Positions 1 through 9,526 of a stretch of DNA of 64,000 nucleotides are shown one piece after another. The DNA lies in assembly GCA_041601615.1 (NCBI GenBank), contig JBFIHX010000003.1:64001-128000 (forward strand). Direction: 5' to 3'. Under the pieces are notes generated by a model. The model made no database searches and had not been told where the DNA came from. It saw only the letters and a list, made by a program, of their open reading frames with translations. Within the stretch, counting starts at the first letter, position 1. Every line of letters begins with the position of its first letter. The stretch comes from Thermoplasmatota archaeon (GTDB lineage Archaea; Thermoplasmatota; E2; JACPAO01; JAHFTW01). The translations under genes and the position numbers were made by a program.

Positions 1-10
1 GGCCACCACC

Positions 11-445
11 ATGAGCCGCCTGATGCAACCGGACGACGCAAACGTCTACGGCAACATCCATGGTGGCGCCATTCTGCGCTACATCGACGAAACAGCCGCC
101 GTCGCCGCCTGGCGCCACGCCCGTGTTCCCAAGGTCGTCACCGCAAGCTTTGAGCGCATGTCCTTCAAGAAACCGGTTTTCGTAGGCGACATTCTCCACT
201 GCCACGCCACCGTGCGCCACACCGGCCGCACCAGCATGATCATCGGCGTCCGCGTCGAAGCCGAAGAACCAAGCACCGGCGACACCCGCCACGTGGCCAG
301 CGCACACGTCACCTTCGTCGCCCTCGACAAAGCAGGCTCCCCAACGCCCACACCTGGAGTGTACGCCGAAACGCCGCAGGAAGAAGAGAAAATGGCCCGC
401 GCAAAGCGCGTCCACGAAGCAATCAAAGCGGCGCTTCGACCATAA
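11..445 (+). CDS. acyl-CoA thioesterase (hotdog fold)
   Basis: DAN.YGNIHGG..L..ID motif, F.KPV.VGD; start may lie at or before the window edge. Confidence 0.9.
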   Translation: MSRLMQPDDANVYGNIHGGAILRYIDETAAVAAWRHARVPKVVTASFERMSFKKPVFVGDILHCHATVRHTGRTSMIIGVRVEAEEPSTGDTRHVASAHVTFVALDKAGSPTPTPGVYAETPQEEEKMARAKRVHEAIKAALRP

Positions 446-543
446 TCAAACGAAATCCGGCTGGGGACGTTTGAAACATCTACAAAACATTCATGGCACA
501 CCGGCCAATGCCCATCTGTCGCCATTTCGCGACAGGTGAAACC

Positions 544-783
544 ATGAAACTACAGACCTACCTCCTGACCTCGCTGCTGCTCCTCTCCGTCATCGCATTC
601 GCTCCTGGCGCCTCCGCCGGACCCAACCAATGCGACAAAACGGTCGAGACCAACTGTGTCACCAACTACGAATGCAGGGCCTACTACCAAGGCCAATGCT
701 ACGCCTACACCGCCGACCACTGCCTCGCCTGGGCCGTCGCGGTGTGCGTCTACGATCTGCGCTACTACCTCGAATCCGCGTAG
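544..783 (+). CDS. small secreted six-cysteine peptide (family A, copy 1)
   Basis: AGGTGA RBS before ATG 544; signal peptide ending PGASA; C-x7-C-x5-C-x7-C-x7-C-x7-C. Confidence 0.8.
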   Translation: MKLQTYLLTSLLLLSVIAFAPGASAGPNQCDKTVETNCVTNYECRAYYQGQCYAYTADHCLAWAVAVCVYDLRYYLESA

Positions 784-962
784 GCGCATCGGATCATCTA
801 GCGCCCCTCGGGGTCCAATGAATTGGCATACTTGCAGGTAAAACAACCCGCTGCATGTTCATTTATTAGATTCCACGGGCGCTATAATGAACTGAACGGT
901 TAAAAGAAACAACTAAGTTGCGCATGCCAATCGATGCTTGGCCATTGTGGCCAGTGATCAAC

Positions 963-1199
963 ATGAAGACAACCCTACTGCTTCTTGCAACCGCCCTTCT
1001 TCTGACTCCGATGGTGTCGGCCGGAACCGGCGACGCCGCAGAAACATCGCTCCAATCCGCTCCCAACGAATGCGACGGCCTCGTCGACGTATTCTGCATC
1101 GAAACCGAGTGTACCCACTGGTACGAGGGCCAATGCGTCTGGTTCGACTGGCAAGCCTGCTACGTCTGGGTGAACGGACTCTGCGTCTACATCGGATAA
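963..1199 (+). CDS. small secreted six-cysteine peptide (family A, copy 2)
   Basis: GTGATC RBS; MKTTLLLLA signal peptide; C-x7-C-x4-C-x7-C-x7-C-x7-C. Confidence 0.8.
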   Translation: MKTTLLLLATALLLTPMVSAGTGDAAETSLQSAPNECDGLVDVFCIETECTHWYEGQCVWFDWQACYVWVNGLCVYIG

Positions 1200-1237
1200 T
1201 CTAGGCAACGCCCGCCACAAATCCAAGGAGAGCATCC

Positions 1238-1501
1238 ATGATCCACAAACCTGTACCCACCAAGAATCTGCGTCGAAACGCACTCACCTGCCTCGCAGCA
1301 CTCGCCCTCATCGCGGTCGCCACCATCCCCGGTGTCGCCGCCAACCACGAAAGCCAACTCTGCGGAGGCGACGTAGACCACGACTGCTACAGCAACTACC
1401 GCTGCAAGTACCAGTACGGCGACCACTGCACCGGCTGGACCTGGACCTACTGCCTTGTCTATGTCTCGGGCATCTGCCTCGGCTTTGAAATCGAACGCTA
1501 A
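1238..1501 (+). CDS. small secreted six-cysteine peptide (family A, copy 3)
   Basis: AGGAG RBS; hydrophobic signal ending PGVAA; C-x7-C-x5-C-x7-C-x7-C-x7-C. Confidence 0.8.
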   Translation: MIHKPVPTKNLRRNALTCLAALALIAVATIPGVAANHESQLCGGDVDHDCYSNYRCKYQYGDHCTGWTWTYCLVYVSGICLGFEIER

Positions 1502-1612
1502 CCCACCGGCGGGCAACAAGATTGCCCCAAAACCTCCCTCCTCGCTTCTTCCCGCCTTCACACCATCCTGGCGCAGCGTCGCCTTCTTGAAGCCGCCCCA
1601 AGTGCCGCCCCC

Positions 1613-3013
1613 ATGGACGAGACCCTGGGCACCATGGCCGGCCCGGAAACCCGCACCGAAGCCGACTCCATGGGCGAAATGGAAATTCCCATCGACGCCA
1701 AGTGGGGCGCCAGCACCCAACGCGCCGTGCAAAACTTCCCCATCAGCGGCCTCACCATGCCCGAGTCGTTCCTCCGCAGCCTCGGACTTGTCAAGTGGGC
1801 TGCTGCCCTTGCCAACAAGGACCTCGAAGTGCTAGACGCGGACCTCGCCGACGCCATCGCCGAAGCCGCATTCAGCATCTACGAAGGCGAACACATGGAA
1901 CACTTCCCCATCGACGTCTTCCAAACCGGCAGCGGCACCAGCACCAACATGAACGCCAATGAGGTCATCGCCAACCTCGCAAGCGGCATCCTCGGCCGCA
2001 ACGTCCACCCCAACGACGACGTCAACAAGGGCCAAAGCAGCAACGACGTCATCCCCACCGTGATGCACGTCGCCGCTGCGCTGGAAGCCAAGTACACCCT
2101 CATTTCCGCGCTCGAACACCTGCACGCCTGCCTCAAGCAGAAGCAAGAGGAATTCGACGACGTCGTAAAAATTGGCCGCACCCACCTCATGGACGCCGTC
2201 CCCGTCCGCCTCGGCCAAGAATTCGGTGGTTACGCCCGACAAATCGAACTCGGCATCAGTCGCATCGAAAGCTCTCTCGAAGGACTTCTCGAAATCGCCC
2301 AAGGTGGCACCGCAGTCGGCACCGGCCTCAATGCCCACCCCGAATTTGGAAGCAAGGTCGCCGAATACCTCTACCAAGCCACCAACCTCGAATTCAAGGA
2401 AGCCGAGGACCACTTTGAAGCCCAAGGCGGCCGCGACGCCTACGTCTTCCTGGCCGGCGCCATGGACACCGTCGCCGCCAGCATGATGAAGATCGCCAAC
2501 GACGTGCGCCTTCTAGGAAGTGGCCCCGCGTGTGGCCTCGGCGAACTGCAACTACCCAGCATCCAACCCGGCAGCAGCATCATGCCCGGCAAGGTCAACC
2601 CCGTCATCTGCGAAGCCGTCATCATGGCCGGCGCCCACGTCACCGGCAACAACACCGCCATCCGCATCGGCGGCCAATGGGGCCAACTCGAACTCAACGT
2701 TATGCTCCCCATGATGGCCCACAACGCCCTCGAAAACATCAACCTCCTAGCCGGCGCCGCCACCGTCTTCGTGGACAACTGCCTAGCCGGCACCACCGCC
2801 AACAAAGAAGCCGCCGAAGCCTACGTAGAAACCAGCATGAGCATGGCGACCGCGCTCAATCCACTCATCGGCTACGACAAGGCAGCGACCATCGCCAAGG
2901 CAAGCTGGAAGACCGGCCGCACCGTGCGCGAACTGGCCTACGAAATGTCCGGCCTCACCAAGGAACAGGTGGACGAGGCATTGGAGCCACGCAAGCAAAC
3001 CGGTCACAACTGA
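1613..3013 (+). CDS. fumC: fumarate hydratase class II
   Basis: GSSIMPGKVNP signature, QTGSGTSTNMN.NEV, GRTHLMDA. Confidence 0.95.
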   Translation: MDETLGTMAGPETRTEADSMGEMEIPIDAKWGASTQRAVQNFPISGLTMPESFLRSLGLVKWAAALANKDLEVLDADLADAIAEAAFSIYEGEHMEHFPIDVFQTGSGTSTNMNANEVIANLASGILGRNVHPNDDVNKGQSSNDVIPTVMHVAAALEAKYTLISALEHLHACLKQKQEEFDDVVKIGRTHLMDAVPVRLGQEFGGYARQIELGISRIESSLEGLLEIAQGGTAVGTGLNAHPEFGSKVAEYLYQATNLEFKEAEDHFEAQGGRDAYVFLAGAMDTVAASMMKIANDVRLLGSGPACGLGELQLPSIQPGSSIMPGKVNPVICEAVIMAGAHVTGNNTAIRIGGQWGQLELNVMLPMMAHNALENINLLAGAATVFVDNCLAGTTANKEAAEAYVETSMSMATALNPLIGYDKAATIAKASWKTGRTVRELAYEMSGLTKEQVDEALEPRKQTGHN

Positions 3014-3071
3014 ACGGCCGGAATGCGCAACGCTGCGCTGTATTCAATACGGAGCCAGAACAGGCTGCAGC

Positions 3072-3668
3072 CTAGCGCCGCGTCCGCACGGCCACACGCA
3101 ATCGAGCGTGCCCCACAATTTCTGCTACCACTTCCTGACCGGGCTCCATGGGTCCAACGCCCTCTGGGGTCCCGGTGAGCAGAATATCTCCGGGCACAAG
3201 CGTTGTCCAAGTGGCGGCGTGGCGCAACAGATCGGGGACATTCCACGTCATTTCGCCAGTCCGACCGTCCTGCCGCACTTCGTCGTCCACGAACAAACGA
3301 AGCTGCAGATCATCGAGGTTCACGCCGGAGCCCGCCAACGGAATCCAGGCACCAAGCGGACAGAACGTATCGTAGCCCTTCGCCTGGGTCCATGGCCGAC
3401 CTGCTGCCTTTGCCGCTGCTTGCAAGTCACGGGCGGTCACGTCAATGGCCACCGTGAAGGCGTCAGGCGCGCCGTCGGGTCCAATGCGGATGGCCAGTTC
3501 CACTTCGTGGTGCACGGCCCCAATGCCGGCTGGAAGCATCACCGCGTCGCCGTTGCCGACGATGGACGTATCTGGCTTCCAGAACCAGATGGGCGTCTCC
3601 GGCGTCTCGCTGCCCATTTCCCTCGCGTGCTTGGCGTAGTTTTTGCCCACGCAGAGGATTTTGGGCAT
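3072..3668 (-). CDS. fumarylacetoacetate hydrolase family protein
   Basis: KILCVGKNY..H, HHEVEL, DVTARDLQ, GD.LLTGTPEGVG; start moved to ATG 3668. Confidence 0.92.
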   Translation of the reverse strand: MPKILCVGKNYAKHAREMGSETPETPIWFWKPDTSIVGNGDAVMLPAGIGAVHHEVELAIRIGPDGAPDAFTVAIDVTARDLQAAAKAAGRPWTQAKGYDTFCPLGAWIPLAGSGVNLDDLQLRLFVDDEVRQDGRTGEMTWNVPDLLRHAATWTTLVPGDILLTGTPEGVGPMEPGQEVVAEIVGHARLRVAVRTRR

Positions 3669-3669
3669 G

Positions 3670-4455
3670 CTATGCGGACGCGCTCTTGTATTCCGGCCCA
3701 AGCAAGCGACCGACGACCGCCTTGGAGTCCGCGGGGAAGTCGCGGTCGCGCATCCAGAGAAGGTACGACTTGTGCTCGGGATTCTGCACATCGATCGCGG
3801 CGTCTCGAAACTTGCCGAAGCCAAAGAACGGCTTGCCGTTGGCCTCGTAGAACTTGTGCCCGTGGTCGAGCCAAGTGCGAATCTGCGCCTCGGGGTCAAA
3901 GTGGCGCACCAACTCCTTGATCTTCATGCCCTCCAGCGTCGCGGGAAGCAACTCGGCGTGCGCGGCGCGTTGCCGGCGCAGCACTTCCACGGTCGCTGCG
4001 GTGTCGGCCTCGGATCGGTGCAGGCCCTCCAGGGACTCGCCCGTGTAGCGCGCGTACATGGGGCCCAGTTTGTGGCTGTTGACTTGGCGTTCGATTTGGA
4101 GCGTATCGATGCAAGGGTGCTCCACGGCGAGACCCGGCTGGCCAGCCCGCACCAGTTCGTTGTGCAGGAATCCCACGTCGAAGCGGTGGTTGTGCGCAAT
4201 CAGAACGGCGTCCGCCACGAATTTCTGAATGCGCGGGGCATGGTGCGCAAAAGCGGGCTTGTCGGCGACCATCTCGTCCGTGATGCCATGAATTTCAATG
4301 ACCTCCTTGCTCATGGGCATCCCCGGGTTGACAAGCGCGGACCAGCGGCCAAGTTCCTTCAGCTCCGCGTCCAGCTCAATAAAGCAGAACTCCACGATGC
4401 GGTCGGTCTCGGCGTCGGTGCCTGTGGTCTCCAGGTCGAACGCGACGTACTTCAC
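3670..4455 (-). CDS. DEDDh 3'-5' exonuclease (DnaQ/PolIII-epsilon-like)
   Basis: FDLETTG, AHN..FD..FL, HRSEAD; GTG start inferred. Confidence 0.9.
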   Translation of the reverse strand: MKYVAFDLETTGTDAETDRIVEFCFIELDAELKELGRWSALVNPGMPMSKEVIEIHGITDEMVADKPAFAHHAPRIQKFVADAVLIAHNHRFDVGFLHNELVRAGQPGLAVEHPCIDTLQIERQVNSHKLGPMYARYTGESLEGLHRSEADTAATVEVLRRQRAAHAELLPATLEGMKIKELVRHFDPEAQIRTWLDHGHKFYEANGKPFFGFGKFRDAAIDVQNPEHKSYLLWMRDRDFPADSKAVVGRLLGPEYKSASA

Positions 4456-4517
4456 GAGTCGGCGACAGGAGGGGGGATGAAAAAGGCAGGGGGGCGGACC
4501 ACGGCGAGGAACGCGGC

Positions 4518-5351
4518 CTAGCGGTCGCCATTCAGATACGACCATCCTTCAGGTGGGCCCGCCACTTCCCAGACCGTGACAAACAACGAATAGCTCTGGT
4601 CGATGGTGGGCCAGATTGCATCCGGTAGGAGCCCGACTTCCAAAACGGCATGGTCTCGAAACGCGAAACCGTCGGTAAAGTCCGCTTCCACGAGATGTGC
4701 GCGCAACGGATTGGCGCCCGCGCCCGCCGCCCACGCTGAGCCGGTGCCGCTCGTGACGTTGTATCGGTACTCGGTGGGAGCCACTGCGCCGGGACTGATG
4801 CTGTCTTCCCATAGCGCTTCCACGGTGATGCCTACGGTGAGCCGGGCCACAGGGAGGTTGAAGGAACAAGTGCAAGCACCCGCGCCCGCAGCGTCCTTGA
4901 CGGGGTCTGCGGGGCCGTCGGCCGGGCCAAGGCTCGCGGCGACTCGGCCGTCGAATTGGAACGTCTGGTGAAACGGAACGGCCGCAACCAAGGACGTCAA
5001 CTGGAGCCGAGGCCGGGCGGTCTTGTTTTCAAGCACGGTCACCGTTTGCTCGGCGGGGTCGTGGTCCGGAGCACTTGCTTGGAGGCGGTAGGTGCCGGGC
5101 TCCACATCGAAGCGGAATCGCCCGAAGATATCCGAGAGCGTGCTTTGGCCCGTCTCCACCACCAGCACGGTCGCACCTTGGATGGGCTGAATGGTGGGTG
5201 TGACCACGACGCCGCTGATGCCACCCAGCGCCGATGCGTCTGCATCGTCTGGAGCACCATCGCCGGTTTTGGGGCCAGCGTCGCCCTTGCTGCCGCATCC
5301 GGAAAGGGCAAGAGAAGCCACCAGGAGCACGGCAAACCACCGCAAGCGCAC
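4518..5351 (-). CDS. lipoprotein with carboxypeptidase-regulatory-like (beta-sandwich) domain
   Basis: lipobox LSGC; GISGVVV...PI.GATV...GRF.F..EPGTY; paralog of 5950-6768 and 46269-47129. Confidence 0.75.
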   Translation of the reverse strand: MRLRWFAVLLVASLALSGCGSKGDAGPKTGDGAPDDADASALGGISGVVVTPTIQPIQGATVLVVETGQSTLSDIFGRFRFDVEPGTYRLQASAPDHDPAEQTVTVLENKTARPRLQLTSLVAAVPFHQTFQFDGRVAASLGPADGPADPVKDAAGAGACTCSFNLPVARLTVGITVEALWEDSISPGAVAPTEYRYNVTSGTGSAWAAGAGANPLRAHLVEADFTDGFAFRDHAVLEVGLLPDAIWPTIDQSYSLFVTVWEVAGPPEGWSYLNGDR

Positions 5352-5416
5352 GGGCCAAGCTTGCCCTGATGCAACAAAAGGATGATGGAAGAAGAGTCGA
5401 GCCGGGGGCACCGGGC

Positions 5417-5842
5417 CTACGACTTGATGTCGACGACCTTGATGTCGAAGTGCAGGGTCTTGCCTGCGAGGAAATGGTTGAAGTCCAGCGTGACGCCGTC
5501 TTCTCCGATTTCCTTGACGGTGGCTTGGAACTGGCGATCGTCGTCGGACTGCAGCATCAGCACTTGGCCCACTTCGACGCCCTCGGCGTTCAGGCGGTCG
5601 TTGGGGATCTTCTGGATCATCTGCGGGTCGTGGTCGCCGTAGCCTTCGGCCGGGGGGATGGCGACACTGGTCTCGGCGCCCACATCGAGTCCGCGCACGG
5701 CGTCATCGAAGCCCTTGATGAGTTGGCCGGAACCGACCTCGAAACTGAGCGGGTCGCGGCCCTCGCTGGAGTCAAAGACGGTGCCGTCCTCGAGCTTGCC
5801 GGTGTAGTGGACGGCGACGGTGTCACCCTCTTGAATGGTCAT
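5417..5842 (-). CDS. FKBP-type peptidyl-prolyl isomerase (SlyD-like)
   Basis: GDTV.VHYTGKLEDGTVFDSS, DFNH.LAGKTL.F. Confidence 0.95.
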   Translation of the reverse strand: MTIQEGDTVAVHYTGKLEDGTVFDSSEGRDPLSFEVGSGQLIKGFDDAVRGLDVGAETSVAIPPAEGYGDHDPQMIQKIPNDRLNAEGVEVGQVLMLQSDDDRQFQATVKEIGEDGVTLDFNHFLAGKTLHFDIKVVDIKS

Positions 5843-5949
5843 ATCAAACCAGCGACCTTGCATGGTACAAAGGAATTGCGCCTGTGGCAGGCGGATGGTT
5901 TTGAAGCACCCAATCGGAGGGCCCGCGGCGGTGCAGAGCGTCGGTTGGG

Positions 5950-6768
5950 TTAGGCGTCGCCTGCGACCAAGGACCAGCCGGCGGGGGCAGGATCGATGTA
6001 GAAGAATGTCACGAAGCCCTCGAACTCTTGCTCGATGTCGGGTTGTTCACCGGAGGAGATTTGCATGGTCCAATCCGTATCTTTGCCAAACACACTGCCG
6101 TCCACGTGCCAAAGGGTTGGCGAGCTGCCCCAGGTGGATTGGGTGCCGCTGGATTCGGTCCAGATTTCCCAGTACATGTCGTGTTCTTCGGCGCGGGGGG
6201 TGCTTGATTCCCAGATGCCTTCCACGACCACGGTGGCCGGGCCGGGGGATGCAGAGAATTCGAAAATGCAGGTGCAGAGGTCGTTGTTGCCAAGTGTGTC
6301 GGTGAGGACATAGACGCCGTAGAAGTCGCTCACGGTCATGCGGCCGTTGAATTGGTAGCTCTGGTGGTAGGGCTTGGGGGAGGTGTCGAAAGGCAGCATC
6401 AGGCGCGGATTGGCAACCTTGCCCGCTTGCACTTCCACATTCTGTTGCACGGCGAGGTGCCCTTCGGCAATTGCCGCGATGAAGTAGGTGCCGGGTTCGA
6501 GGCCCTCGAATGCGAACAAGCCATTTTCGTCCGTGGTGGCGATATGATCGCTGCCCGTGATGGACAAATTGGCGCCTGCGATGGGGACGATGGTAGGCGA
6601 GACGACGACGCCGCTTATGGCGCCCAGCGAACCATTGGTCTGCACTTGCTTGGGCGGCGGCAGATTCGACGGCGGCTCGGGGGAACTGCTGTCTGAGCAG
6701 CCTGCCAGGCCCACCGCGAGCAACATGCATGAGATGGTGATGAACTGCAGTTTCCGGGCCCCGGCCAT
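5950..6768 (-). CDS. lipoprotein with carboxypeptidase-regulatory-like domain
   Basis: lipobox LAGC; GAISGVVV, TDENGLFAFEGLEPGTY; C-terminus P.GWS shared with paralog. Confidence 0.75.
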   Translation of the reverse strand: MAGARKLQFITISCMLLAVGLAGCSDSSSPEPPSNLPPPKQVQTNGSLGAISGVVVSPTIVPIAGANLSITGSDHIATTDENGLFAFEGLEPGTYFIAAIAEGHLAVQQNVEVQAGKVANPRLMLPFDTSPKPYHQSYQFNGRMTVSDFYGVYVLTDTLGNNDLCTCIFEFSASPGPATVVVEGIWESSTPRAEEHDMYWEIWTESSGTQSTWGSSPTLWHVDGSVFGKDTDWTMQISSGEQPDIEQEFEGFVTFFYIDPAPAGWSLVAGDA

Positions 6769-6899
6769 GGGGTCCGATTTTCGAGGGAGTCCATAACTGT
6801 TGGCGTGGGAAGCTGTAAATGATTTAGCACAAACAACGGGTGGGGCTTAGCGGCCGGCAAGTTCGCCACGCCGTGGGCAGGTGGCGCATCACGGGTGCC

Positions 6900-7520
6900 T
6901 TACAGCAGGTACACGGCGACCATGATGAAGTGCGCAAGACTTCCCATGATCACGAACAAATGCCACAGATGGTGGGTGTGGACAATCCAGATGCGGTGGT
7001 CCAAGACGTAGAACACGGCGCCTCCGGTGTAGATGACGCCGCCGGCGATGAGCCAACCTTGCGCCGGGCCCGAAAGCGCTCCAAATAGGACAGGGGCCAC
7101 GAATATGGCAGCCCATCCAAGTGCGATGTAGCCGACGGGGTGCAGCCATTCGGGCCCAAGCGGCACGGTGATTGCCAGTACAATGCCGGTGATACTGATG
7201 ATGCCGATTGCGACCAGGAACCAGAAACCCCAGGCAGGGGGAAGCACCAGGAGGCAAATCGGGGTGTAGGTTCCGGCAATCAGGAGGTAGATGGCGACGT
7301 GGTCCATGCGCTCCAGCCAGCCGTGGTTTGCCTCTCTACCGCTCACACCATGGTAGACGCTGCTCATGGTGTACAGCGAGATGAGTCCGAAGCCATAGAC
7401 GCTCGCGGCGACGTATTCGCGGGGCGTGTCCGCAAGCCACAGGAGGAGAATGGTGCCGACGATGGACAAGCCGCCGCCGACCATGTGGCTGATGCTGTTG
7501 AATGGTTCTTTGAGTCCCAT
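6900..7520 (-). CDS. hemolysin III / PAQR family membrane protein
   Basis: E..NS.SH, S..YH, DH.AIYLLIAGTYTP, H.LWHLFV. Confidence 0.93.
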   Translation of the reverse strand: MGLKEPFNSISHMVGGGLSIVGTILLLWLADTPREYVAASVYGFGLISLYTMSSVYHGVSGREANHGWLERMDHVAIYLLIAGTYTPICLLVLPPAWGFWFLVAIGIISITGIVLAITVPLGPEWLHPVGYIALGWAAIFVAPVLFGALSGPAQGWLIAGGVIYTGGAVFYVLDHRIWIVHTHHLWHLFVIMGSLAHFIMVAVYLL

Positions 7521-7533
7521 ATTCGGCTCAGTT

Positions 7534-7692
7534 AGTACGGCCTCTTCGGTTTGCCAGCACCCGCGTCAAAATTCCATCCACACCCGGGGGCGCTGCCCCC
7601 AGGGAATCCCCCGGGCGCGGCGCTCGCTGTGCTCGGCCCCGCTGTTCGACCGATGCGGTGCATCATCAGTACGGCCTCTTCGGTTTGCCAGC
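7534..7692. repeat. direct repeat of thyX 3' end (25 bp identical, 7534-7558 and 7668-7692)
   Basis: AGTACGGCCTCTTCGGTTTGCCAGC occurs twice, offset 134 bp. Confidence 0.9.
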
Positions 7693-9426
7693 GGCGGCAT
7701 CGAACCCTTTCCAAACTTTGACCCCGCACCATCGTGGTCCCTCGGGGCAGCAAGCGGCCACGTTGTCTTGCATCTCGGGGGGCTGGGCGGCGGCTACGAA
7801 GCTACACGGAGGCCCAAGCCAGCGCGTCAACTCAGGGTGGACCGCTTGGACTTGGCGCAGTTCGTCGAGTGCGGCGTCGAAGATCTCCTTCTGGGCGTTG
7901 AAGCAGAGGCGCAGGCGCCATTTGTGGATCCAGCTGAGCAAGTCGCCGCTTTGGGTGTAGTAGATGTTGGTGGCGTTGGGCAGCAGATACGCGGCGTCTT
8001 CGCGGGGGATGCCGAGTGCAATCAGTTTGTGCATGGCTTCCCAAAGGGTCGCAACCGTGTCGTCGTAGGTGGCCAGGGCGTCTTCGTCGCCCGTGATGAC
8101 GCTAGGGACGTACACGTCGGGCGCCTCACTGATGCAGCGGTGCAGCAGCGGGCGGGTGCCAGGCGTCATGCGGTGGCGTTGGTCTTGGGCGTAGGCTGTC
8201 AGACTCTGGCGTTTGTGGAATGTGTAGTGGACGTGGCGCAGGCAGCGCAGCACGGGGCTGTGGTCCCAGGTGTTGAGGGTGTCGTTCCAGACGCGGTTGG
8301 CGGCGGGGTCGAGCACGGCCGGCAGAATCTCGTTGTCGGGGAGGCCGGAGCCCGTGACTTCGCGAATGGCGTCGGAGACTAGGTTTGCCGCGTGGGGTGT
8401 AGCGTGCAGGAGCTTGCTGGTGCGGCCTTCGAGGTCCATGGTGGGGCGCACCGGTTCGTTGGTGCTGAGGCTCCATTCCACGAGGTCGTCACGCGCGTGG
8501 GGCGCTTCGTCGAGGGCGTCCATGAACTTGGGGTCCACGGCGTGTACTGCTTCGACCATGGCGTCCACCACGGCGCGGGCCTCGGCGCTTGCGTTTTGGG
8601 CGTTGGCCATGCGCACGTAGCGCATCAAGACGATGCCGCTGATCGTGTGGTAGAGCTTCGTGGTGGCCGCCACCGGCACGACGTACCGCGCCATTTCCTG
8701 CGCCTTCTTTTCGGCCTCCGTTGTGATTTGCTTGGCGCTTTGACCTTTGATGCGGCCGATGGCACCCATCACATTCTCGTTCGGAACCACCAGACGTTCT
8801 CGAAGGTCGTGGTAGCCATCCCAAGCAGCGCCGACGGCGTGCTCGTACACGGCGCGGGCAGTGGGGTCTGCGGCGACGGTGGCGGGGACGTGCACCTCCG
8901 CGTGCTTCATCTCGACGTAGCGCTGGCTTTGCTGCTCGGAGTTGTAGAAGGTGTGCTGGTGCAGGAACGACTCCACGACGTTGCGGCTGACTCCTTCGAG
9001 CGCGAACACAAACGTCGGGTGCTGAAACGGCGTGTGGTGGCCGGCTTCGTAGATGCTGCGGGCGATGCGTTCGTCGTTGGGAGCTCGCTGGCGAGCAAGG
9101 TCCGCGAATACGGCGAGGGCGTTGCGGGTCTCGTCGTCGGGTGCCGAGGTAGAGACCGCGTCGACGAGTTCGATGCGGCGCTCATGGGGGGTGCCGGGGT
9201 CGCCTATCTCGTCCAATTGCGCCTGCCACCGAGGGAGCGCTTCCAGGAGCGTCGTGCGGGTACGCTCTCCTTTGGGCGTCAACTGGTGCACGAACACAAA
9301 GTCGGCGGCATAGCAAGTCCGAGCACTTGCCACGGCCAAACCGTATGGATCGTGGGTGTAGGCCACCAGGGAAACGGAAGGCTCCATGGCCTGGACCGGA
9401 CGGCCCCCATCCTGTACCGCCTGCAT
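7666..9426 (-). CDS. thyX: flavin-dependent thymidylate synthase-like protein with tandem ThyX domains
   Basis: GHHTPFQH..F.F...GVSR, QQSQRY, second domain QRHR, RLCFNAQ.EI. Confidence 0.85.
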   Translation of the reverse strand: MQAVQDGGRPVQAMEPSVSLVAYTHDPYGLAVASARTCYAADFVFVHQLTPKGERTRTTLLEALPRWQAQLDEIGDPGTPHERRIELVDAVSTSAPDDETRNALAVFADLARQRAPNDERIARSIYEAGHHTPFQHPTFVFALEGVSRNVVESFLHQHTFYNSEQQSQRYVEMKHAEVHVPATVAADPTARAVYEHAVGAAWDGYHDLRERLVVPNENVMGAIGRIKGQSAKQITTEAEKKAQEMARYVVPVAATTKLYHTISGIVLMRYVRMANAQNASAEARAVVDAMVEAVHAVDPKFMDALDEAPHARDDLVEWSLSTNEPVRPTMDLEGRTSKLLHATPHAANLVSDAIREVTGSGLPDNEILPAVLDPAANRVWNDTLNTWDHSPVLRCLRHVHYTFHKRQSLTAYAQDQRHRMTPGTRPLLHRCISEAPDVYVPSVITGDEDALATYDDTVATLWEAMHKLIALGIPREDAAYLLPNATNIYYTQSGDLLSWIHKWRLRLCFNAQKEIFDAALDELRQVQAVHPELTRWLGPPCSFVAAAQPPEMQDNVAACCPEGPRWCGVKVWKGFDAAAGKPKRPY

Positions 9427-9526
9427 CGAGTTGCCCGAGACCGGCGGGCGGTTTCAAGGCTTGGCTTGCGCACCCCGTGAGAACTTCAAGTGCAGACGTG
9501 TAGGCTCCGGCGCACCCATGGCGTGT

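Noticed and set aside
544-1501. Six-Cys peptides as SCIFF/ranthipeptide RiPP precursors
   Set aside because: They have Sec-type signal peptides and no adjacent radical SAM or other modifying enzyme.
7532-7753. 73-aa ORF ending GKPKRPY as a real gene
   Set aside because: It arises from the duplicated thyX end read through the spacer in a shifted frame.
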